The notes below the pieces were generated by a model. That model searched no databases. It saw only the letters and a program-made list of their open reading frames with translations, and was not told the DNA's origin. Source: an uncultured Pelagibacteraceae bacterium (lineage in GTDB: Bacteria; Pseudomonadota; Alphaproteobacteria; Pelagibacterales; Pelagibacteraceae). From it: 64,000 nt of DNA. A program made the position numbers and the translations under genes. Each line of letters starts with the position of its first letter. Position 1 is the first letter of the stretch. The DNA is taken from the NCBI GenBank assembly GCA_902581585.1, contig CACHPB010000002.1, positions 64,709-128,708 of the forward strand. The letters run 5' to 3'. This document shows, in pieces, positions 40,225-49,574 of the stretch.

Positions 40225-40271
40225 TTTGAAGAACATATAATCGAAAAACAAATTAAACCAATATTAAATAT

Positions 40272-40892
40272 ATGTGTGGAAGATACGTAGTTACGAATGC
40301 TGTTACAAAAACAAAAAATATCGTGAAAACTGCGATTAATGTTCAAGACAGTGATAATTATAATGCACATCCATATCAAAATCTTCCTGTGGTCAAGAAA
40401 TATAAAAACGGTAATACTGTTGAAAATCTTAAATGGGGAATTATTCCATCTTGGGCAAAACAGAAAGACTTTAAAGCTTTGATAAATGCAAGATTAGAAA
40501 CAATCGATGAAAAGGTCTCATTTAAAAAACTTATTAAAATGCAAAGATGTGTAGTTGTTGCCGATGGCTTCTATGAATGGAAAAGAACAAAAGATAACAA
40601 AATTCCATATTATTTTTTCAGAAATGATAAAAAGACAATTTTTATAGCTGCAATTTACGATGAAGGCCAATTTTGTATGATAACTGAGGAAGCAAGCCAA
40701 AATATTTCAGAAATTCATCATAGACAACCAGTAATACTTTATGAAAAAGATATAGATAAATATTTAAACATCGAACATTTTGGTTCAACTTTTTTAAAAG
40801 AGTGTAACAAAGTAAGTTTGACTTTTCATGAAATATCTAAGGATGTCAATAAACCAACAAATAATAGCGCCTCATTAATTCAACAAATTTAA
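40272..40892 (+). CDS. SRAP-domain (YedK/HMCES) abasic-site protein
   Basis: N-terminal MCGRY, WG.IP.W, INAR.ET, RC....DGFYEW, IHHRQPV. Confidence 0.9.
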   Translation: MCGRYVVTNAVTKTKNIVKTAINVQDSDNYNAHPYQNLPVVKKYKNGNTVENLKWGIIPSWAKQKDFKALINARLETIDEKVSFKKLIKMQRCVVVADGFYEWKRTKDNKIPYYFFRNDKKTIFIAAIYDEGQFCMITEEASQNISEIHHRQPVILYEKDIDKYLNIEHFGSTFLKECNKVSLTFHEISKDVNKPTNNSASLIQQI

Positions 40893-40896
40893 GATA

Positions 40897-41940
40897 TTAT
40901 TTTTCAATGATTGTTACATGACCCATTTTTCTTTTATTTTTAATATCTTTTTTAAGATAGTCATAAAAGAATTCGTTCTCAGAAAATTTTTTGTCTCTAT
41001 ATATTAAAATATCATCACCTATTAAATTTATCATTTTGGCATTATATATTTTCTTTGTTTTAATTTTTTCTAAACCACATACAGCTCTAACATGATTTTC
41101 AAATTGACTTATATTGTGAGAATTAATTGTCAAATGTCCCGAGTTATGGACTCTGGGAGCTATTTCGTTAGCATATAAATTATCATTTTTGTCAATAAAA
41201 AACTCTACACATAATGTTCCAATATAATCTAAATCCTCTACAATTTTTTTTGACCACTCAGTGGATTTAATTATAATTGCTTTCGAAACATCTGCAGGGA
41301 TTTTAGAGTGCTTTAAAATTTGGTCTTCATGAACATTTTCAATTGGTTCATATATTTCATATTTTTGATTACCAAATCTTGTAATGATAACAGATATTTC
41401 TTTTTTTAAACTAATAAATTTTTCTAATATGTATTCTTTAGAAAAATCTATCTCATTAGATATATCCTTTTTGCTATTTAATTTGTATTGACCTTTCCCA
41501 TCATATCCTAATGTAGTTGTTTTTAGCAATCCTGGCAAAAAATTTTCATTTTCTTTTAATTCGTCTATATTTTTTATAGAAACGTATTGGGTAGTTTGAA
41601 TATTTATATCATTGAGAAAATTTTTCTCTGTCAATCTATTTTGGATTAAATTATTAATCTCAGGTTTAGGCAAAACTGTTTTTTCATTATTAATACTTTG
41701 AAGAATATCAAATGGAATATTTTCAAATTCGTAAGTAACTAAATCGACACTATCGATAAATTCCTGAGTAATTGATTTGCTATCATATTTTCCAAATATG
41801 AATTTTTCTGTAAAGTTTTTAGCTGGCGCATTCTCATCATCGCTTAAAATAACAGTTTTAATGCCAATTTTCTTAGCAGCTACTGACAGCAAACTTCCAA
41901 GTTGACCTCCACCTATAATTCCTAAAATAGGATTTTTCAT
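40897..41940 (-). CDS. purK: N5-CAIR synthetase
   Basis: GIIGGGQLG, TYEFEN, GYDGKGQ, NEIAPRVHNSGH, SQFENH.RA, RKMGH. Confidence 0.95.
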   Translation of the reverse strand: MKNPILGIIGGGQLGSLLSVAAKKIGIKTVILSDDENAPAKNFTEKFIFGKYDSKSITQEFIDSVDLVTYEFENIPFDILQSINNEKTVLPKPEINNLIQNRLTEKNFLNDINIQTTQYVSIKNIDELKENENFLPGLLKTTTLGYDGKGQYKLNSKKDISNEIDFSKEYILEKFISLKKEISVIITRFGNQKYEIYEPIENVHEDQILKHSKIPADVSKAIIIKSTEWSKKIVEDLDYIGTLCVEFFIDKNDNLYANEIAPRVHNSGHLTINSHNISQFENHVRAVCGLEKIKTKKIYNAKMINLIGDDILIYRDKKFSENEFFYDYLKKDIKNKRKMGHVTIIEK

Positions 41941-42435
41941 TTAATTTGGTTTTTTCTTAACAGATTTAGATTGTTTAGATCTCCATTTTATTAAGCTGTT
42001 TTTAATTTTAGGATCAAAATTAGAAATTATAGATGCTGCGTACAATGCAGCATTGATTGCACCATCAGTTCCTATGGCAACTGTTCCAACCGGAATACCT
42101 TTAGGCATTTGGGCTATAGATAAAAGACTATCTAGACCTTTTAGTTTTTTACTTTCAATAGGAACGCCTATTACTGGTATTCTTGTTAATGCAGCAATCA
42201 TGCCAGGTAAATGTGCAGATCCACCTGCGCCTGCAATAATAACATTAATGTTTCTCGACTCTGCTGATTTTGCATAATTGAACATTCTCTCAGGTGTTCT
42301 GTGAGCAGAAACAATATAAGTTTCATAATTAACTTTTAGTAATTTAAGAGTTTTTTCACATAATTTCATTGTGGAATAGTCAGATTTGCTTCCCATTACA
42401 ATGGATACTCTGTGACTATATCTTTTCTTTTTCAT
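41941..42435 (-). CDS. purE: N5-CAIR mutase
   Basis: [34 protein letters not shown]. Start moved to 42435. Confidence 0.95.
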   Translation of the reverse strand: MKKKRYSHRVSIVMGSKSDYSTMKLCEKTLKLLKVNYETYIVSAHRTPERMFNYAKSAESRNINVIIAGAGGSAHLPGMIAALTRIPVIGVPIESKKLKGLDSLLSIAQMPKGIPVGTVAIGTDGAINAALYAASIISNFDPKIKNSLIKWRSKQSKSVKKKPN

Positions 42436-42509
42436 GCTAAGTTTTTGAATTAATATAATCAATATAGTCTTAAAATTAAAACTAGTCGACAAAATTTGTA
42501 ATAATTATA

Positions 42510-43490
42510 ATGTGTTTTAATATGAATTATCGAATTGATAATCTTCAATATTGCAACTGGTCAAGAGATATTTTTAAAATCAACAGAGATGCTGGACTGA
42601 ACGCAGTACATGCAACAGTAGTATATCATGAAGACTATGATGAATTTTTAATTAAATTGAAAGAATGGGATAACTTACTTAATGAAAATTCAGATCTAAT
42701 ATTTTTGGGAAAAACTTTTGAAGATATTATAAAGGCAAAGTCAGAAAATAAAACTGCAATATTTTTTGGCTTTCAAAACTGTTCTCCAATTGAGGATGAT
42801 ATTAATTTAATTGAGAAAGTTCATAATCATGGATGCAGATTTATGCAACTTACTTATAATAACCAATCTCTTTTAGCTACAGGATGTTATGAAAAAAACG
42901 ATTCTGGTGTTACAAATTTTGGCAGAGAAGCTATAAAAGAAATGAATAGAATTGGAATAGTTATTGATATGTCGCATTCAGGTGAAAAAAGTACATTAGA
43001 TGCTATAGACATTAGCGAAAAACCAATTGCGATTACTCATGCTAATCCATCTTTTTGGCATAGTGCTTTAAGAAATAAATCTGAAAAACTTTTAAAACAT
43101 TTATCAAACAGTGGAGGAATGCTTGGGCTTTCTTTGTATGCACATCATCTAAAAGATGGAACGAATTGTAAATTAGATAGCTTTTGTGAAATGGTTGCAA
43201 AAACTGTTGAAATAATGGGAGTAAAAAATATAGGCATTGGTTCTGACCTTTGTTTAAATCAACCAGATAGTATCGTTGAGTGGATGAGGAATGGAACTTG
43301 GAGTAAAACAAAAAATTATGGCGAGGGAAGCAAAAGTAAACCTGAATTTCCTAATCAACCTGAATGGTTTATTGACGCAAGAGGGTTTAGTAATTTAGAA
43401 AAAGGATTGAAAAAAATAGGTTTTAATGAAAATGAAGTAAATGATATTTTAGGAAACAATTGGTTTAATTTTTATAAAGGAATTAATTAA
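42510..43490 (+). CDS. Peptidase M19 (membrane dipeptidase)-like amidohydrolase
   Basis: QLTYN, DSG.T.FG...I.EMNR.G..IDMSH, THAN, RNKS, GIGSD. Start may be 42522. Confidence 0.8.
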   Translation: MCFNMNYRIDNLQYCNWSRDIFKINRDAGLNAVHATVVYHEDYDEFLIKLKEWDNLLNENSDLIFLGKTFEDIIKAKSENKTAIFFGFQNCSPIEDDINLIEKVHNHGCRFMQLTYNNQSLLATGCYEKNDSGVTNFGREAIKEMNRIGIVIDMSHSGEKSTLDAIDISEKPIAITHANPSFWHSALRNKSEKLLKHLSNSGGMLGLSLYAHHLKDGTNCKLDSFCEMVAKTVEIMGVKNIGIGSDLCLNQPDSIVEWMRNGTWSKTKNYGEGSKSKPEFPNQPEWFIDARGFSNLEKGLKKIGFNENEVNDILGNNWFNFYKGIN

Positions 43491-45142
43491 TGGAAATTAA
43501 GTTAAGAGACCCTAAATTCCTGATGAAGTTATCTAAACTTGGTTCTTTTCATCAATCAAAACTCTCTTTTTTGAGATCTTTCTTAAAAGAGTTTAAAGAT
43601 TGGAAATATAGTAGAGACCTATTTCAATTAAATGACAAAGGATTTGGAAGAGCAATTTATTCTTTCACTAAAGAAAAAAAAACTTATTCTTTAATTTGTT
43701 TTGCAAATGAAATTAAGGATGATGAAAGATCAGATAGAGTTATTGCCACTAAATGGGATGCTGCATTTACTCTATTTGATGGAATTCCAACAAAAGAAGA
43801 TGTTGATAGACTTAGTAATAATGTCCCTAAACAAGAGGTCGGAAGGTTATCTTATAAAGAACTAACCCTATCAAGAGCTAATAAATCTGTCAGGTTGTTT
43901 AATCATGTAGTTGAAAATTTATCGAAAGGTCAACAACCAGATAAAGAATTTATATCTAAAGTTGGTTATCTTTATAGAACCACTGCAGTATATGGATCTG
44001 GTAAATTTGGTTTAGCTGATAGATTTAGGATTAAAAATAGGGATGAAATTTGTGGGCCATTTAGACTAGAGATGATGTTGGTTTATTTAGTTAGACAATT
44101 TACATTTGACCAAGTTAACCATATTGCAAAAAGTATAAGTCCTAAAAACGCTGTTGAACTGGATAACAATATCAGCAGAACTCTAGGTATAGGAAATTCT
44201 ACAGGACTTGGCATGGCACCATTTATAGTAAACCATCCCACTTTACTTAATAACTGGATAACTGCTAGAGAAACAGTTTTAAAAAAAATAAGAGAAATAG
44301 AAAAAGTTTCTAAAAATGATTTAGATATTTTTTATCAGTGTTTAATTAAATCACTAAAAAATATTACCAGCTGGCATACTGACAGTGAATTTCAAAAAGA
44401 AAAAATTAAAAATTTAATATTTGATTTAAAAAAATTTATAAAATTTATGAAAGATGAGTTTAAATTTGAAAATTCTTATCAATTTAATAATATTTATATG
44501 TGGGCTGAGGAGAATTTAAATGATGAGTGTATTGAGTATATTGTTTCTATGATGATGGAGCCATATGATAAAATAGTAGATCCTTTAGTATCTAAAATGA
44601 GTTCAAATGAAGAAAAATACTTCAATATTCCTGTTGAAAGAACTATCGAGGATTTAAGAAATATAATTGAAAAGAATTACTCTGAAATTTTGAAAATTGA
44701 TTTTAGTAAGGAAGAAAATAATAAAAATTTCTGGTTTATTTCAAAAAATAAAGAGGAGCCAAGAATAGGGGATAGGTATATTGATGATGGATCAAATTTA
44801 GAACAACCACTTGCAATCGCAAGGGATATCAAAAAGCTTTATGACATAGTATTCACAAAAAAAAATAGTTCCAAAATTGGAAAATTTTTATTGGATAATA
44901 ATCATTTAAGACATGTAGTAAGAAGAGTATTTATTTCTGAAAAATGTCCTTATGCAGAAATTCAAGATAATACAATTGGTTCTAAATTAATGCCTATTGA
45001 TATGTTAAGACTTAAGTTGTCTTTTTTTGGTGCAATAAAATTTGATCCTAGATCAGACAAGTGGTTACGTATTTGCATGTTTCAGGGCGCACCTTTGCCA
45101 TCAGAACTCTCAAATTTTGATAATTATTGGATGTATAGTTAA
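43490..45142 (+). CDS. Hypothetical protein (550 aa)
   Basis: Long ORF coupled to the M19 gene, with conserved-looking motifs RSDRVIA..WD, RTTAVYGSGKFG, GIGNSTGLGMAPF, KEEPR, FDPRSD.W. Confidence 0.8.
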   Translation: MEIKLRDPKFLMKLSKLGSFHQSKLSFLRSFLKEFKDWKYSRDLFQLNDKGFGRAIYSFTKEKKTYSLICFANEIKDDERSDRVIATKWDAAFTLFDGIPTKEDVDRLSNNVPKQEVGRLSYKELTLSRANKSVRLFNHVVENLSKGQQPDKEFISKVGYLYRTTAVYGSGKFGLADRFRIKNRDEICGPFRLEMMLVYLVRQFTFDQVNHIAKSISPKNAVELDNNISRTLGIGNSTGLGMAPFIVNHPTLLNNWITARETVLKKIREIEKVSKNDLDIFYQCLIKSLKNITSWHTDSEFQKEKIKNLIFDLKKFIKFMKDEFKFENSYQFNNIYMWAEENLNDECIEYIVSMMMEPYDKIVDPLVSKMSSNEEKYFNIPVERTIEDLRNIIEKNYSEILKIDFSKEENNKNFWFISKNKEEPRIGDRYIDDGSNLEQPLAIARDIKKLYDIVFTKKNSSKIGKFLLDNNHLRHVVRRVFISEKCPYAEIQDNTIGSKLMPIDMLRLKLSFFGAIKFDPRSDKWLRICMFQGAPLPSELSNFDNYWMYS

Positions 45143-45148
45143 TTTCGT

Positions 45149-45757
45149 ATGAGAAGTTATAGCGAAATAGAAACTACAATTAAAAGAGCAACTAAGGCTA
45201 AAGGTTTTTCATGGGGTATTTCTGAGGAAGTTGGAAAAAATATAAGATTGCTTGAGATGTTTGGTTTGCCAGGACTTAAAAATCTTAACCAATACTTTAA
45301 AATTTATAATATTAGTAACTTTGAAAATATTGGAGAAATTTCACCTTCAAATACAGCAAAAGGATATTATTGTCCGATACTTTGTGGGTTAAATTTTTAT
45401 GATCAATCACCTGTAATTTTAAAATTTAACGAAATTGAAATTAATAAAATAGCTTTTCCTCTCATATTTTTATCTTTTTTGAGTAGGGCGTCAGAGATTA
45501 GTGGTAAAAGAATATTCTTAAAAATGGACAATAAAGAGTTTTTGTTTAATTTTAATGAATCTATTTATTCTAATTATTTAAGTGGAGATATTTTAGAAAA
45601 ATCAGACAAAATAAATATTAAATTTTTAGATAATAAAAATAACTTCTCCGAGGATGATTGGTTAGAAATGCATAAACTTTCAATTAAAACTTATGTTGAG
45701 GAAAGCGAGGAGTCTAAATCAAGAACGGCGGGAGCTGGTTTAACAGATAATGACTGA
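45149..45757 (+). CDS. DUF3726-like protein
   Basis: S.SEI....KRA..A.G.SWG..EE N-terminus and TYV.ES..S...AGAGL.DND C-terminus. Confidence 0.7.
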   Translation: MRSYSEIETTIKRATKAKGFSWGISEEVGKNIRLLEMFGLPGLKNLNQYFKIYNISNFENIGEISPSNTAKGYYCPILCGLNFYDQSPVILKFNEIEINKIAFPLIFLSFLSRASEISGKRIFLKMDNKEFLFNFNESIYSNYLSGDILEKSDKINIKFLDNKNNFSEDDWLEMHKLSIKTYVEESEESKSRTAGAGLTDND

Positions 45758-45917
45758 TAAAATAAAAGATGATTTTTTAAGGAAAAATTTAAAAGATTTA
45801 GACGAGATTTGTGAAGAATGTCATAAAGAAGATGAAAGCGTTACGCAAAATTTAATTATGACAGGATATAAGTTGTGTAAATCTTGCAGAATCTCAAAGA
45901 CTGTGTTTCCTCTTTAA
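45750..45917 (+). CDS. 55-aa CxxC...CxxC zinc-finger microprotein (not in ORF track)
   Basis: Hand translation MTDKIKDDFLRKNLKDLDEICEECHKEDESVTQNLIMTGYKLCKSCRISKTVFPL*. Overlaps the upstream stop by 8 nt. Confidence 0.7.
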   Translation: MTDKIKDDFLRKNLKDLDEICEECHKEDESVTQNLIMTGYKLCKSCRISKTVFPL

Positions 45918-46459
45918 CTAATATTGCTAACTGGAATTGAGTTCATTCTATTCATAATGAATGTTATTGAGAGAAAAGCAATTATAAGAAAAGACAAAAA
46001 CACTACTCCAAAAGATTTTAAATTAGACTTTAAATTTAATATTTGTTTTGTAGATATAATTAAAGAAGCAAATATCCAAAACTGTGTAAGAAAAATAATA
46101 GGCAAAACTAAGTCTGGTGTAACTGCAAAAAATCTTATTAAACCTGGTGCGTGAGCATACCCTACGGCAATTAATACTTTTTTAAATGGAACTCTGCTGC
46201 CTTTGTCTGGAAAGATTTTTACTCCTATTACAAAAATAAAAATTGCCCAAACAAACCATGTTAGTAAAGCTGTCAAACCAGATATGCCTATTGATGTTTT
46301 TATTATTGAATTTGCCGCTACGGCTCCTGCAACTCCATCAAGTATCATTACAAGACCAGCAAAATATATTGCAGCTTCTCCAAAGTATTTATTATCTTTG
46401 TATAAGCTTCTATCTAATTTTAACGATTTAAAAAAAATCTCTAGAAATTGTGCTAGCAT
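45914..46459 (-). CDS. YIP1-like membrane protein
   Basis: About 5 TM segments and a GYAHAPG motif. Confidence 0.6.
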   Translation of the reverse strand: MLAQFLEIFFKSLKLDRSLYKDNKYFGEAAIYFAGLVMILDGVAGAVAANSIIKTSIGISGLTALLTWFVWAIFIFVIGVKIFPDKGSRVPFKKVLIAVGYAHAPGLIRFFAVTPDLVLPIIFLTQFWIFASLIISTKQILNLKSNLKSFGVVFLSFLIIAFLSITFIMNRMNSIPVSNIS

Positions 46460-46468
46460 CAGATTTAG

Positions 46469-46489
46469 GGGAGGAGTTAATCTCCTCCC
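46469..46489 (-). terminator. Hairpin downstream of the GcvT-like gene
   Basis: gggaggag-ttaat-ctcctccc. Confidence 0.6.
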
Positions 46490-46499
46490 ACATAATTAT

Positions 46500-47858
46500 T
46501 TAACCTTTTACAACTTCTCTTGTATTCGCGTTGTAAGACTCTTTAAATGGTATATCAACAACTACTGCATCTACAGGTTTGCCTGGAGTTTCAGAATATT
46601 TTTCAGGCAAGTGTACCTTAAATTTAGTTCCTAGCTTTCCTTTAGGAAAACCATTAGCATTTAGTGTCCCATCGAATGGTACATAACCCATTGCAATATT
46701 TTGTTTTTTTTCAGGGTGATACCAAGGCGAAGTAATAAACCCAATTGGCTCTCCACCACCTTCATCTGAAATTAACCAAAAATCAGGAGCGTATTCCTCA
46801 ATTGGCTTTCCACCTAATTCTAATCCAACCAATTGAAGTTTATAAGGTTTATGTCCAGCTTTTAAATCAGCTTTCATTTTTTCAAGGGCTTTTTTTCCAA
46901 CATAGTCAGCTTTTTTATTCCATTCACCTTTGCCGGATAATGAAACTTGATAACCTAAATTACATTGGAATGGATTGTGTTGATTGTCCATATCTTGACC
47001 CCAAGAAAGAATTCCAGCTTGAATTCTTCTGTGGTGTGCAGGTGCAATAACCATTAGGCTATGTTTTTTTCCTGCTTCAAGAACTGCATTCCACATATCC
47101 TCTGCATATAAAGTACATTCTCTTAAATATATCTCATATCCGGCTTCACCAGAAAACCCTGATTGAGATATCACGCAACTTCTTCCCCCAACCTTAGCTT
47201 CAGCTAAACCATAGAAAGGCATATTATCGAAATCAACTTGATCACCACATAAATCTTTCATTAATGCTTTTGACTTTGGCCCTTGAATTTGAACCGGACT
47301 TACATCTATTTCATCTATTTCTACATTAAATCTCTCATCAGAGTTTACCCCTTGTAAATAAAGTCCTATATCACTATCAGATAAACTGAACCAAAATTCG
47401 TCTTTTGATAATCTTAAAAGTATGGGATCATTTAATACGCCGCCATATGCATTGCAAAGAATTACATATCTTGCTCTCATTGGAGAGATTTTTGTAGCAT
47501 CTCTTGTAATTACATAGTCTACAAATTTTTCTGCATCAGGACCCTTTACTCTAATTTGTCTTTCAACAGCAACATTCCACATTGTTACATGATTAACAAT
47601 TGCATCATACTCGACCATTGCACCACCATCTTCAGGTTTTACATAGCCTCTTGGATGATAAATACGATTGTATACAGTTGCTCTCCAACAACCAGCTTGC
47701 ATTGATAAATGCCAATATGGTGATTTTCTTACACGTGTTGAAATTAACATTTCAACTTTTGTTGGTCCGCTTTGTCTTAAATTATAAGGCACTTTTCTAT
47801 CAGATTGATCTACTGATGTTACGTGTCTTAGCTTACTATAGTCAAATTCTTTAGACAT
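46500..47858 (-). CDS. Stand-alone GcvT/DmdA-like THF-dependent demethylase
   Basis: R.RKSPY, VYNR.YHP, WNVAVERQI...GPDA, NDPILLR, SQSGFSGEAGYEIY, RRIQAGILSWG. Confidence 0.8.
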   Translation of the reverse strand: MSKEFDYSKLRHVTSVDQSDRKVPYNLRQSGPTKVEMLISTRVRKSPYWHLSMQAGCWRATVYNRIYHPRGYVKPEDGGAMVEYDAIVNHVTMWNVAVERQIRVKGPDAEKFVDYVITRDATKISPMRARYVILCNAYGGVLNDPILLRLSKDEFWFSLSDSDIGLYLQGVNSDERFNVEIDEIDVSPVQIQGPKSKALMKDLCGDQVDFDNMPFYGLAEAKVGGRSCVISQSGFSGEAGYEIYLRECTLYAEDMWNAVLEAGKKHSLMVIAPAHHRRIQAGILSWGQDMDNQHNPFQCNLGYQVSLSGKGEWNKKADYVGKKALEKMKADLKAGHKPYKLQLVGLELGGKPIEEYAPDFWLISDEGGGEPIGFITSPWYHPEKKQNIAMGYVPFDGTLNANGFPKGKLGTKFKVHLPEKYSETPGKPVDAVVVDIPFKESYNANTREVVKG

Positions 47859-48579
47859 AGTTATTCTCCTTCAACCACTTGTTTGTTTCCTTCAAGCCGC
47901 CGAATGTATAAATGTGAAAATAATCAGTATGCGATTTAACTTTCCCAATTAGATCATTAGGGTCTTTAGGTTTCAATAAATCTAATGCCTTAGTAAAATT
48001 AGATTTAAGAAAGTTAATGGAATTTTTTGCCCCTACAATATTTGCAAACTTTATTAAGCTTGAAATTTTCATGGGCCCAGTTATTCCAACATGAACTGGT
48101 ATCGTTTGTTTAGAAATGAAATCAACGATAGGCTGAGAATCTAATAACCATTGGGTTACAATATAATCAGCGTAAGGCTTTTTATCTATCATTGCTTTTT
48201 CTAATTCTGAATCGGATATATCAGGACTACCCTCTGGATGTCCAGCAATTCCAATCTTAATTCCATCAAATAATCCTGTCTCTAATATTTGATATGAGCT
48301 GTCAAATTTTCCAACTGGGTCTCTACTTCCACCTATAGCCAATATCTGTTTCACACCTAAATCTTTACATCTCGAAATGTAGTCTTTAAGTTCTTCTTCA
48401 TTATTTATTGATCTAGCTGGGAAGTGGGGTACTGGATTAAATCCTTTCTTAACCAAGTCACCAGATTTATCCGCAGTTTCTTTATAATCTCCTCCAGGTA
48501 GCATAGTCACATAAACATCTTTAACTTCAGGTAAAGTATCAAGATCTGTGTGAGGTCCAATTTCTAATGAAAAATTCAT
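47851..48579 (-). CDS. metF: Methylenetetrahydrofolate-reductase-like protein (short form)
   Basis: PVPHFPAR, AIGG, IAGHPEGSP, IVTQW, VHVGITGP. Confidence 0.8.
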   Translation of the reverse strand: MNFSLEIGPHTDLDTLPEVKDVYVTMLPGGDYKETADKSGDLVKKGFNPVPHFPARSINNEEELKDYISRCKDLGVKQILAIGGSRDPVGKFDSSYQILETGLFDGIKIGIAGHPEGSPDISDSELEKAMIDKKPYADYIVTQWLLDSQPIVDFISKQTIPVHVGITGPMKISSLIKFANIVGAKNSINFLKSNFTKALDLLKPKDPNDLIGKVKSHTDYFHIYTFGGLKETNKWLKENNYV

Positions 48580-48641
48580 TTTTGAATAATTATTTATTTT
48601 AAAATGTCTGTCTAGAAAAATCGTAAGCTAAAATGTCAGAG

Positions 48642-49526
48642 CTATTTTTTCTGGCCTCTGTGCTTTTGAATTCTCTCACCATATTTCTGAGTTACCCTAT
48701 CAAAGATAATTGCTAAAGCAACTATGGCTAGCCCATTCATCATTCCAAGTGCTAAATACTGATTTGAAATTGCTTGTAAAATAGGTACTCCAAGACCTTT
48801 TACCCCAATCATAGATGCAATAACTACCATGGCTAAAGCCATCATAATTGTTTGGTTAATACCTGCAAAAATAGTTGGTAGAGAAAGAGGTATTTGAACT
48901 GATTTTAACTTCTGCATAGGTGTTGCACCAAATGCTTCACTTGCCTCAAGTGTTTCTTTATCTACTTCTCTAATCCCAAGATTTGTTAGCCTGACTACTG
49001 GAGGTAAAGCATAAATACAAACTGCCAATAAACCAGGGACTTTTCCGATACCCAAAAGCATAATTATTGGAATTAGATACACAAAACTTGGAATCGTTTG
49101 CATCATGTCCAATACGGGTAGAATAGTTTTTTCTGCTCTACTTGATTTTGACATTAATACTCCAATAGGTATTCCAACAACAATACAGACAAGTGTAGAA
49201 ACAGAAATTATAGCAACAGTTGCCATACAATTTTTCCACATCCCAAAATAACCTATAATTAGAAAACAAATTACAGTTCCTATAACCAGCTTAATACTTC
49301 TTGAACCAATCCAAGCCAACAGAGCAAATACTCCTATGACTAAAGGCCAAGGACTATTTACTAATAACTTTTCTAACCAAATTAAAAAATATAGTAGTGG
49401 ATCAAAAAAACTTTCTATTCCATCTCCATAAGCTCTTGAAAAATCTTTAAAACTTAAATCAATACCCTTTTTCAGCTCCCTAAGAGCTGTTCTATCCATT
49501 ACAGGTATCGAATTTAAGAAATCCAT
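48642..49526 (-). CDS. ProW-like ABC permease
   Basis: LDMMQTIPSFVYLIP, EASEAFGA, NQTIMMALAMVVIASMIG. Confidence 0.9.
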   Translation of the reverse strand: MDFLNSIPVMDRTALRELKKGIDLSFKDFSRAYGDGIESFFDPLLYFLIWLEKLLVNSPWPLVIGVFALLAWIGSRSIKLVIGTVICFLIIGYFGMWKNCMATVAIISVSTLVCIVVGIPIGVLMSKSSRAEKTILPVLDMMQTIPSFVYLIPIIMLLGIGKVPGLLAVCIYALPPVVRLTNLGIREVDKETLEASEAFGATPMQKLKSVQIPLSLPTIFAGINQTIMMALAMVVIASMIGVKGLGVPILQAISNQYLALGMMNGLAIVALAIIFDRVTQKYGERIQKHRGQKK

Positions 49527-49533
49527 TTTTTTA

Positions 49534-49560
49534 ACTGAACCCGTTATAAACGGGTTCAGT
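49534..49560 (-). terminator. Hairpin between SBP and permease (likely stabiliser or attenuator)
   Basis: actgaacccgtt-ata-aacgggttcagt, with no U tract in the minus direction. Confidence 0.6.
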
Positions 49561-49574
49561 AATATTTACACTAA

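Noticed and set aside
46500-48641. Glycine cleavage gcvT with a glycine riboswitch
   Set aside because: No gcvH or gcvP, the motifs are DmdA-like, and the 62-nt spacer upstream of metF has no aptamer-like sequence.
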